DNA of 35,266 nt from Trypethelium eluteriae (taxonomy: Eukaryota). Shown here piece after piece: positions 22,667 through 33,754 of this stretch; within the stretch, counting starts at the first letter, position 1, and every line of letters begins with the position of its first letter. The position numbers were made by a program, and so were the translations under genes. Location of the stretch: NCBI GenBank assembly GCA_051942245.1, contig JAVECL010000217.1, forward strand, positions 1-35,266. The letters are read 5' to 3'. The notes under the pieces are model-generated. The model made no database searches, had not been told where the DNA came from, and saw nothing but the letters and a program-made list of their open reading frames with translations.

Positions 22667-24249
22667 GACGCTGGGAAGAGTTTCCAACGGAGCGACGATT
22701 CAGGGTCTATATCGGACCAGAATCGACGCGATATTAAAGCCAAAAGACGGTGATAGCAAGTCAAGCTATCAAGCTTGCCGTTTCTGTGCCAGCTCTGCTT
22801 TCTCTGGTAGGGACTGTACAAAGGATCTCTGGGAGCACAAAATAATATATCGAGGGGTTCTCCTCAAGGCTTCTGTGATGTAGCACAGTGGAGGCAGGGG
22901 ATTACAGACACTCTGTATCCCTCAGTGTCATTGATTTGTGGATGATCGAGGTCGTATCCAAGCACAATTTGATGATTCCATCCTAGAAGAAGCAATTCAC
23001 CGAATAGTAAAGTCTCAAGGTATTCTTGCCGAGATCACTAAGATACTCGGGCCTTGACTGGCAGCGGCTGGTGTTCCATTTTGGATTGAGGTGTGGATGG
23101 GACTGCGGCTCGCATACGAAATCTTACTACGGCTCCTTTCGGTAAACGAGAAATGCTGCAGCTAATCCTACAGTTATCGTAAAGAAAGTGTCTGGACGAT
23201 TGGTCCAAGGACGGAAAAGCGAAAAAGCATGGTGGTACAAGACAAATCGGCCGCAGTCCAGCACATAGGCGCGGGAAGTAAAGGAGTAGAAAGTCGATGC
23301 GAGCAAGGCGTACATACCTGTCAGGCTCCGCGGGAAGTGTGGGGGTTGGCACGCAAAAGTGTGGAGTAGTAGCAAGCTCTGCTTCTCTTGCAAGGCTCGA
23401 ACTGGGGCAGACTTGGCATCTTGTTTCACAAATTTCCCAAACTGGACTTCTTTGCATGAGGATTCGTGGCAAGTTCATGTCCATTCTGATGCCACGTCCG
23501 TTCATGGCATGAGCGTTGAAGATCTTCTGCAGGTTGCAATTGGGATGCCGTAGCTGAAGCAGTGCTAGCCCTAAAGTGCTGACATGAAGAGACCATCGAT
23601 TCGACGGGAAGATGCCATTCTCGACCTTGCGATGCCACAATAGCTTTCGATCCAGATGGAGAAGGCTAAAGGGGTCCGGACAGGGCGGGAGGTATTCCGC
23701 CGGGGGCCGCGGGGCCATTGCTCGAGCCGGAAGGGCTGTGTAACGAGGACTGACAGGACGAAGGGTGATCGGGTCCGTATAGCGATCCTCAGGTCAAGTC
23801 GTGGCGGACCGAAACGTTCAATGGACGATGAGGAAGAGGCTTGCTGCGCCTGGACGGTGCGCAGAGATGCGAGCTTACGGGAGAGCTCCCTCGCCCATCT
23901 CTGTGCAACGTGAAGGCTCGACCAGCGCACGACGTCGATTGGCGACTCATGCCAGGCAGTTGACGCCTACCTAATGCGCGGTGACTGGACCCCATCGTGC
24001 ATGGACGAGAGCATTGGCATCTGCCTGGTGGATACATACCTACAGCGTGCAGACGTCTTCGCAGGAGCGAGAGTGGAGGTGGAGTGAGTGTTGGCTCGCC
24101 CCTCGGCAAGATCCCTCGCCATCCCTCCCCTCCTACCCAGGCACCCCAGGGAGGCACCGAATGGAGGCGCGTTGTTGACGACCTGACTTCCGATTAGCTC
24201 GCGCGCCTATGAACTTACACAGAGAGTGTAGCAATATTGGGCCCGTGCA

Positions 24250-26805
24250 ATGCCCTCATTCGTCCAGAGCGGTGAGCATCGCAGACTATTTGCGTCAGAC
24301 AATATCGCCTGACTCAAGAAAGATGAATTAGCAGACGCGTTGCAAACCCTACAGGATGGTGCGTCTTGGATCGCCTGACGAGGAACATCCGGATGCTGAC
24401 AACGTCCTCTAGCGGCATCAACTCCTGCAAGACAACGAATTTCAAAGGTCTCTACTATTGTCGACGCCATTTGCAGTCATGCTTTCAATTATGGCCTGAA
24501 CAATGCTCAATTACGTCTCGTGCTCGATGTCATCACGAAGCAATCCGAATTGGACCAGACGAGTATCACCAGTCTAATCAAGAATTTGTATCCCGGTCAA
24601 AAGGTCCAGAATGAAGCTGTCACGATCGTTGTCGGCTGCCTCGGTCAAGCCCAGGGCAAACCGTCTCCAACCACACAGGCCTCACTTATCAAATGGCTGA
24701 TCACCGTTTACGAATTTATCGAAGACCCTACCATTATCTCTAGGCTCTATACCGTGCTGTTTGGCCTATTAGACATGATAAGCTTGCGGTGAGCGCGCTC
24801 CTTGCGGACCGTCTTAAAGATCTCGTTTGACGAACTAGACCATATCTATGCCACCTCCTCGCACTTGCAACTAAGAGGAAACATGTACGGCCGTCTCGGA
24901 TGCAGCAGCTGTAAGTCGCCGTCTGCTACAGAGTGAGCCTTATGTCGGATGACCTCATGTCTGATGACCTATGTGCAGACTTGAACTTGTCAACAGCGTG
25001 GGAAATGAGCCTGCGTTGTTAAGCCTCGCTACGATATACAAGGATTACTATCCTGAGATAATCCTAACCGGTACTATCGTCGGTCGTGCTAAGCCTTTCA
25101 CTGTGCGTGAGCAAATGAAAGAGGACGCACCCATTCACTAACTATTCTAGCATCCGAATCCCGAATGGCGAGAACGGTTACACAGCATCCAGCAAGCTAA
25201 TTTACACGATCTGAGTAATGTTGCTCCGTTTCAAAGTGGCTTCAAAGTTGTCAAGCATGGTGCCAAAAGGAGTAAGTCGGAAGCAATTCCGCAGGTGCAT
25301 ACGCTTCACGCGCAGGAGGTCAGTACATACCATCGATTTGATTCTCTGGATGGTCAACGCTAACGCAAGACGGCAGCTGTCTGTGACACTTGAGGAAATA
25401 TCAAATGTAAACGGTTTTATCGATAGTCTTGACAGGATCGATCTACCAAGTCAGCTGATTGCTTCTCTTAACGACCCTTTACTGCAAAAGTATTTGTCAC
25501 TTAGGCCGTCGGAACTCGCTTCTCAACGAATACGAAGCTGGCTATTGAGCTATGGATTGGGGGATCAAGCTGGGCTGAATGATCTTAGCTCCGCCTACAA
25601 ACAGGAGGATATCCTGGCAGGCATACTGAGCTTTGCAAGCACGACCAAGGTCCGTATCGCGCTATCCGAACGCCCTCTAGTGCACTAACTAGATGCAGAC
25701 ACTGCCGCCCGGCGCAGACATGTTCATCAAACGTCTAATACCTAAGTGGGATCGTATGACGCCTTGTACCTTGTTGTTAGACTGTCTTGTGCTTCTACCT
25801 CACCATAGCTTTGAAGGTAAGGTTGCTTGTGCCTTCGCGCGCACTAGGATCAAAGCCATTAAGCAGAGTGCAGATCTCCTTGAGACTATCATCAAGCCCG
25901 TAGAAGCTAAACTTTTAGCGGGACATTCAATCACTTTCACGCGCATGCTGCATTTTTACACAGACTTAGCTCGACACCTTCAACTTCTGGTTGCTGCAGC
26001 AGATGATGATGCAGTTCAAGTCATTGAGCATCGCATCGAGTGCTTCGAGCAATTAGCTCACCATGTTCTAAACCTTCTTCCACCAATCTTAACAACGCCT
26101 CAGTGTAGCCAGTCTACTACCACGGCTGTTATCGAGTTCCTCGAGATCCTGGCTACTTCTCTTCAATACTTCCATGAAATCAGCCCTTCTGTCTTCCAGC
26201 AAATGCCCATCATATTACCGCAACCCCACACGATTTACATTCTATTGTTCGATACGTCCGTGAGCGACATCTCACATCTCTGCTCGATCCTTGCTACCTA
26301 CAAAGGCGTCCTGCAGAAGAGGAGGTTAACATCAACCTCTCTCCAGCAGCAGACTATCGACCAATTCAATGGCTATCTGATGGATGTGTGCAACTTGTTG
26401 TGGCGATCTCGTGCTTTTGGCAGAGGTGATATCAATGCCATGGGTTGCTTCCTGCCAGAGTCAGCGCTGCCCGTCTTCCAAGATTATCTATGGAACATTG
26501 ACCACGAGTACGGCCTCCCATACATCTTTGGGCTTTCTCATCATGCGAGCCTGAGTCTGTTATCGATTACGGCGTTAAGAGAGCTGGAAGATCTTGCTGA
26601 AACTCGGGGGGAAGACTTACGCCTAAAGCATGCAGGACCTGTAACGCAGCGATCTTTGATGAAGTTAGACAAGGATGGCGGTTTCAAGATCACTTGGAGA
26701 GATTACCGGGTACAGGTTTTAGATTATTTAGAGAAGCGGTCGCTTGGAGGAATTAAGGAGTTAATGTTTAGCACGATGAAAGACTTGACCCCCAACGCGA
26801 TCTAA
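24250..26805 (+). CDS. mis6: Inner kinetochore protein CENP-I (Mis6/Ctf3), multi-exon
   Basis: LDQTSITSLIKNLYP, VVGCLG, Q..LIKWLI.VY, LY.VLF.LLDMISLR/PYLCHLL..KRKHVRP, KDYYPEII, VTLEEI..V.GFID.LDRIDLPSQL, FNGYLMDVCNLLWRSRAF, HAGPVTQRSL. About 8 GT-AG introns; the short first exon is inferred. Confidence 0.92.
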
Positions 26806-26966
26806 TTTAGGATACCCAATTATTTCTACAGTTCCCCGCTTGAAATTTCGCTGAGAAAGACAAGACTCCAAGCGCCTATGGGCTCTAGGAGCAAAGTATC
26901 AAATGCCATAGCTCCAGTTCATTTCTTTCTTTCAACATCATACAGTCCCTTCAGCTCCAAATGCAC

Positions 26967-27647
26967 TCACAACGCAAGATTATAAGTATAATCATCCTCC
27001 ATATTCTGTGAAATCCACAGGACAACAGAACTGGAGGTATTAGCCGGTGCAGTTTCTGTAGTGTCCAAGGAAACCTACCTAAGCATGATCAAAGAATTTG
27101 CAACAACGTTGGCGACTCCAAACCAGAGCGTAGGAAAGGGGTATTCCGGCACAACATACTTCAGTACCATAACAGTCTAGACATTTAGTGATCAGCAAAC
27201 GTCTTCATATCCCAGGAATCGAGCTCTCGAGAACACACCACACTCCCCGCAAGGCCTCCCGCCATTAGCGCAAATCCAAGAAATAGCACCAGCCTTGCCT
27301 TCCACGCAACTCCATTCCCGCTATAACTATAGCTGTCCGCGTTTAGCCTCCCCTTTTCAATCGAGTTGATGACCAGCATGCCAAGGGCGGAACAGATCCC
27401 AGGGATCCAGTCGACGAATTTGACGTGTACATCGGAACCGTTGCGGGAGCTTTTGGAAAAGGTTGCGGCATCGATGAAGAAGAAAAACCCGAGTGAGAAC
27501 TGATAGTTCATCAGTGTCGAGAAGCACTGAAGATAGGTTATGTATACGACTTACCACAGCGCCGGCGGTGTAGACGCCTGCAGTGCGTGTGTTGGCACTG
27601 TTCACCCACTGCGGTTTGGGGAAGCGGAAGAGTCTGTGACTCGACAT
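26967..27647 (-). CDS. VPS68: Vacuolar protein sorting 68 (UPF0220/TMEM50 family), 4 exons
   Basis: RTAGVYTAGAV/FSLGFFFFIDAA, FVDWIPGICSALGMLVINSIEK, AWKARLVLFLGFALMAGGLAGSV/TVMVLKYVV, GVANVVANSLIML/SSVVLWISQNMEDDYTYNLAL. Confidence 0.92.
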
Positions 27648-27940
27648 GGTAGACCTTGAAGAGGACCGAGTCCTTCTGAGTTACTTGTGAGAGGAGAGAT
27701 GAGGGGTTGCCTCGCTCTATGTTGGCCTCTGACAATGAGGTTGAAGCTCGCCAGCGTAACTGCGGCGCATGTTTCCCTGCAGGGTCCTAAGGTATCGTAG
27801 CAGACGCTCGGGCGTTTCGCGGGCAAACGCCGCACTGACTCGCAACCTTTCAAGTTATTCTAGGAATCAATTTTGTTCTTTTACTATACCTTTGCCTTTC
27901 GCTTCAACCCTCACATCGCTAGCTCTAGAAGGGCTCCAGG

Positions 27941-28556
27941 ATGGCACCTACAAAAGTAAAAGCTGGGTCTGCCAAAGGCAATAATAAACGCCACCAAAAG
28001 CCAAGTTCCAGTGGCTCGAGTTCCAAAAACAAGCAACGGGCTTCTATTTCCAAAGCTACAAAGCAACTAAAGACAAAGTCTGCGCCGACTCCTTCGAGGA
28101 AGAAACGGAGATCATACACCGATGAAGAGCTTGGTATACCGAAGCTGAACATGATCACGCCTGCGGGTGTACAGAAACCAAGAGGCAAGAAGAAAGGCAA
28201 AGTCTTCGTGGATGACAAAGTATGGCATCTATTTGGGTTGCTCACCTCCGACATAAGAAGTCTAACATTTTTGCTTCTAGGAGAGCATGATGACAATCCT
28301 CGCCATGGTCAATGCAGAAAAAGAAGGGCAAATCGAATCGAAACTGATGAAGGCGCGCCAGATGCAGGAGATTCGTGAGGCTAGGCAGAAGGAGGCTGAG
28401 GCGCGACAAGAAGAAAAGCGCTCGAAGCTCGAGGAAACCAAAGACTCTATCAAGAGGCGGCGGAAGCGAAAGCCAGACTCAGAAGAAACGCTAGATAAGC
28501 CTGAGGATACCCCGAAACATCCAAAGATGAACCGGAAGCGCGTATCATTTGGCTGA
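27941..28556 (+). CDS. LOC1: 60S ribosomal subunit assembly/export protein Loc1, 2 exons
   Basis: Lys-rich N-terminus, [35 protein letters not shown], intron 28220-28280, [35 protein letters not shown], terminal RKRVSFG. Confidence 0.93.
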
Positions 28557-28605
28557 GATGCCCGATATGCTCATGTCGCTCATTTCCACGAGCAAGCAAT
28601 ATCTT

Positions 28606-30147
28606 CTATTCTACAACGTGCAATTTACGTCTCATTGGAGCGTATGCGAAGGGAGGTGGTGGGCCTCTCCCGAGCTTCTCAGACCATCCGCTGGCTTGTA
28701 CCCTTCTGGACTCTTCTAAGTCAATGTCCCTCGCCATTTTGTTGAAGAAATTCACAGCTGGCTTCACGAACCATCGCTCACCACTGCTCTGGAACCAGCT
28801 AAGATGGCCGCCAAGATCCGTCGCGCACAGGACAACGTGAGGATTAGCCTTGATCTCTTCGTACGGACATGCTTCATCTACAGCAATCTAATGACGAGCA
28901 TCAGTGCACATGTATGATGTGACGGACAAACAGCATACCGGATCATCTTTAGCATGGATAGCGAAGAGCGGGATCTTGACAGCCATCACGGCATCTGCAG
29001 AGCTTGCGTCGCGGTAGTAAGCTCCTTCGGTGGGATAACCCCAAGTTGGGCCCTGTACCTCTCTACGGAGGATAATTCAGAGCGCGTCAAGTGTGTATAC
29101 GTCTCCATCGCTTACCTGTCGAATTCATAGAGGTATTTAGCTTTGCGCACACGGTCCATATCAATTCGTGGATTTTTGGATACTTGTTCAACGTGTCTAT
29201 GAGTACGAGTCAGCAGGACTTTCTCTATCATTCAGGAAACTGCAGGTCTTACTGTTCTACCAAATTTCGCATGCTGGTTCCCATTACAGTCAAATAGACA
29301 TTCCGTCCAAGCCAAGTCCTCTGCAAAGCAAGCGAGCTGACGTCCAAGGTCCATGGATTCGACACTACTACCGCGGCATTGAGCAAACATGCATCGCCTT
29401 CTTCTCCAAGGTACTACAGTGTCACAGATTATCAATAAATGCACTTGAACACTGCTATACGTCTGAGGCAAAGAGGAAGATATGAGTGCCTACGTTCGTC
29501 AAGATGTTCGCCCCTAAACTGAAACCAATGGCGAACAATTTCCTATTTGGAAACGTCTTTCTCAACCATTTCACGGTCTGGCGCATATCCCATGTTGCGC
29601 GCGCATTGTATAGGACGGTGCTAGTAATCTTGGACATGGCGCATCCGCGGCTATTGACCACGCAAGCTTCCCAGCCCCCATCTTCGCCACGACCAACAAG
29701 TGGAGCTAGTACATGTCGGAGATATATCTCATGAGAACCGCCTGAGAGGCCATGTAAAGTGACCAGCATGGGCTTGTCATCATCAGAGCTTATTCGATGG
29801 AACTCCTCATCCGTGAAGTAAGTCGTTCGGGGTGGAAGAGTACTATCAGGCTCGGTGTTGGGAGTATGAGACACGAAATCGACGGCGTAAGTTCCCTTAA
29901 ATGTAGGATCTTCGTTTTCGAACACCCTGCGTTTATAGTGGATGGGAATATCCTGACTCTTAACAGCAGTCCAAAAGGTTTGCAGATGACCGTTAAAAAG
30001 TAGAGGATTCAGATGACATGGTGGCGTTGCAGATCCGCAGAGCTGAGATAGAGATACCTCTGTTCCCAATTTGGTCTTGAGTTTCGCTGTTTGTGGTGCA
30101 TGATCAAAAGAAACCTTTGCGTGTCCAATTATCCATCCAAGATCCAT
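28606..30147 (-). CDS. Alpha/beta hydrolase of the Eht1/Eeb1/Mgl2 (ABHD1-3) family, multi-exon
   Basis: LFNGHLQT, LHGLSGGSHEIYLR, VVNSRGCA, nucleophile GFSLGANILTN/YLGEEG, HAKDDP and GGHLSWF catalytic-triad motifs; stop at 28606-28608. Confidence 0.92.
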
Positions 30148-30548
30148 ATCGTAGATGCCTTTTTAAAGATACCCCGACGACGCCATCGAAAGGCAGCTCA
30201 AGCAAGCAAAGTGGAAGACATACCCAGTGTTTTCAAGCGCATGACGTTAATTGCAGGACGTCAGGATCCGGAAAACGTCAGTTTCATTGCTCGTCTTCTT
30301 TCTCGGTGGTGGCTGCAAGCACGGCGGAAAGGAACGTGAAGCTCCGATGCGCCGAGAGTGCTTAGTCATCTCTCAGCTTGGAACTATAGTATGGCCAATC
30401 AGAATGCAAGCGCATCGACAAAGCGCCTTTCTTCCGAACCTCACTTGTATGTCAAACGCGAATGTGAGGCGTGGCAATGATGAATAGCAGGACCAGCTTC
30501 AAACCCCAAAGTACTAGTTGACCCGACTCACGATGTCCAACAGTCAAG

Positions 30549-33115
30549 ATGAGCTATCATCGCCAACCGCATTATGGTCAAGGGCCCCAATACCCTTACC
30601 AAACGCCAAACGGGGCTCCCACGTATTACTACCACCCACAGCCAGCTCCGCCCCAGGTGCATCCCATGGTGGTGATACCTGAGCGTCAGGTACGATATCA
30701 GCAGTATCAAAGCTTTGATGGCACAAACGAGCGTCTTTACGGTCAACAGCCTGCCCAATACTATGGGAATTACGCGCATCAACAACATCCAACCCCACAA
30801 CATACGCTGCACCAAATCAATCACCAAGACCAATATCAGCCTCAAATTCAAGAGCAGTATCAGATTCAATCCCAAGCAGAACATCAAGGACAACATCGTG
30901 AACAATCCTCGCCTCGACATCCACAACAGCCATCGCTCCAGCGGGTTCACCAAAAGCCTCCAAAACACCAGCACCAATACCAGCCGTATCCTGCCAAGCC
31001 TCATCAGAGTCCTACAAATCTGCAACAGAAGAGTAAACCCGCGCCAAAGAACGTAGAAAAGCAAAAGGCTTCCGTAACGAACCCCAAATCTGAGGCGGTA
31101 GAAGCTTCAAGCACACACCATGAAACGCCGTTCGACTACCAGTTGCTCCTCCTTTCCATGGCAGATGAGTACATCAATGCTGCGCACAATATGGCATGCA
31201 AGGTGGCACACGCACAGGATTCTAGGCAAAGTGGAGAATACTATCAACTAATGGCTACGGGACTGGGATGCATGGACTCTGTGTTGAAAAATTTCAAGCT
31301 GCATCCGAGAGAAGAAGCAAAGCTGCGGTTGCGGTATGCTACACTGTTGCACGAGGAAACCGTGAACCCTGAAGAAACGGAAAAGGTCTTGAGCAAAGGT
31401 ATCCAACTGTCTGAGAAGCATCGACTCTTTGACCTGAAATATAGCATGCAGCATCTTCTAGCCAGGACGTTGTTTGAGACGAGGCAAAAAGCTGCTCTAA
31501 AATTTCTTGACAAGATCATTCCCGATGTTGAGGCCTATCACCACACTGCTTGGATCTATGCTTTTCGTTTCCTTCGGGTCACGTTATCCTTGCAGACCTT
31601 CTCCCACTCGGAAGCACTTGCGTGCCTTCAGCATTTAAAAGCAATCTGTGACTTGTCTCGCGGTAGTGACCGAGCAATTTTTGTGACGTCTGCTACAATG
31701 CAAGCGATGGTCCATCTCCGATTATCGGGTTCGGATTGTGTGGAGCAAGCCCAGCAAGCGATTGCTGCTGCAAGGAGCGAACAACTTGATCCCTCATTGC
31801 AGCAACTGCCGCAAATAACATCTCTACTAAGCTTCCAGGATCTTGGCTGCGTCCTCCAGCTGCACAACGAACCGGATCAAATTACGGCCAAGATGAATGC
31901 CATGAACAATATTATGGATGAGTCAAGACCAGACCTCAAGTGGACTTCAGACGGATCGTTCGGTGTGCCGTTGGGTAGATCTTGCGAAGACCAGGCGACG
32001 CAGGATACGGGCGGCATCTTCCAGAGATTGTCAGATGGCGGACACGCTTTGATGTTTTGCTCACTACCACGGGATGAGTTATACTGCATAGCCTTTTTGC
32101 TGAGTAGTCTTGCTGCATTTCATCGGAATGCTGGTGGCGGGAAGACCGACAAATTTGCACAGGAAGGGCTCAAGGGCTTAAAGGGTAACGTGTAGAAGAC
32201 ATTAAGTAGTAAGACCTTCAGGCTGACTAATTTCCAGATGTCTTACCCCACGAGCGAATTAAGTCAACATCTCTGCCTGCTGCATCCAACCTGCATCGCT
32301 TACGAGCGCATCTTGACCTTAATCTTCGTGTTTACCGCATCTTTGGCTTCTGTGATCTGTCGAATTGGACCAAGGCAAAGGAAGAGTTGGACCATCTGAG
32401 ACGCACACTTAAAGATTTCTCGTATCAGATCCCGCAACATACGCAAAATCTGATGCTTTACCTTCAAGGATCCATTCATCAGTCTGCGGGCAATCTGGAT
32501 CTTGCGCTCAAGGTCTTTCGCTCATCTGCTCTTGCTCTATCACCATCATCTAATCGCGTACCGGCTCCACATCAGCAACTTGGCATCCTTGCTGCACTCA
32601 ATACTGTGTTCATTCTTCGAAATCCAGTTTTGAATTCGTACCCTGAAGCATCCGAAATACTGAATAGGTTGCAGCCGCTATGTAACGATCATCCATGTAA
32701 ACCTATCAAGGCGGCATATACCCTTGCGCAAGCCCTTGTCACATCTACCGATGACGAGGTACAGTCCGGAAAACCGTCAATGCTCACCACCAAGACTTCG
32801 CTCTCTACATCTCTCGGCCTCGCAAAATCAACCCAAAACGCACAAATTATGGCTCTAGTTCTCAGCTTCTTGGCGCAGATTTTCTTCACTGGTATCTCAG
32901 GCGAGCAGGCGGAGAAATCAGCGAGAGCAGCGAGAGCCACCGCTCACAATTGGCGCAGTGGGCTTTGGATCGTGGTTGCTGACGGGATGCTAGAACAGAC
33001 ACTGGGTCTCTTGGGGAAGGAAGATGAGAGGAGGAAGATAAGATCGGACGGAATGGAGAAGCTAGTTAACCTACCGGAGGGAGTTAAAAAGAAGCTAGAG
33101 AGATTGAGCCCCTAG
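30549..33115 (+). CDS. SCC4: Cohesin loader subunit Scc4/Ssl3/MAU2, 2 exons
   Basis: Q/H/P/Y-rich N-terminus, then DYQLLLLSMADEYINAAH, YYQLMATGLGCM, EAKLRLRYATLLHEET, DLKYSMQHLLAR, WIYAFRFLR. Intron 32185-32237 joins the two track ORFs in phase; helical TPR-like C-terminus (GEQAEKSARAA). Confidence 0.88.
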
Positions 33116-33754
33116 TCGTCATTGATATCGGAATTTGGGATGTTTTTAGTTTCACTAGCTGAAGCATACCCTGTCTCAGTGCTGGAGGCTTTACGAGCTT
33201 TTTGTTTCGTTCTTTTTTGGAGGGTGTGTATGGAAAATCCTCGCCTTTTCAAGTGAATTGCTCCATAGCGCGGCGTCGGGAGCTTGAAAGACCCCTCGGG
33301 ATCTTCTCGATTTACTCTACTTTTACTCTCGGCCTAATGGATCTGCTAAATGCTTAACAGACGGCAGTTTCGTGTATATATTATAACAGTCACTCGACCA
33401 GTCACGCTAGCAAACAGAGAAACGACTGCTCTTGTGTATGCTGAATAGATCGATATAATTGATAGGGAAATTCACTTGCTGCATTATTCCCCTTGTCTTG
33501 CGGCTGAACCTTAGTATACTGTCACTATTGTAGCGTGTAGGCACTGAGCCTATGCCGAGCCGGAGGCCTAAGCTCGCGCCTGAAATTATTCTATTTGCCG
33601 TTCGGCAACGCTCAGATCTACCTACTCACACGACAAACAACCCAAGCCTTTACCGACTCCTATACCACGACAACTGCGTCCAATTCCATACTGTAGACTG
33701 CGTCCATTCTCATTCACATCTACATCTACCTTTGCACCACTTACATCTTCTACC

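Noticed and set aside
22700..22705. CCC-TGA upstream of the GH3-C-like ORF, resembling an antizyme frameshift site
   Set aside because: The stop is in the same frame as the downstream ORF, not -1/+1, no ATG-led ORF1 ends there, and the protein has no antizyme motifs.
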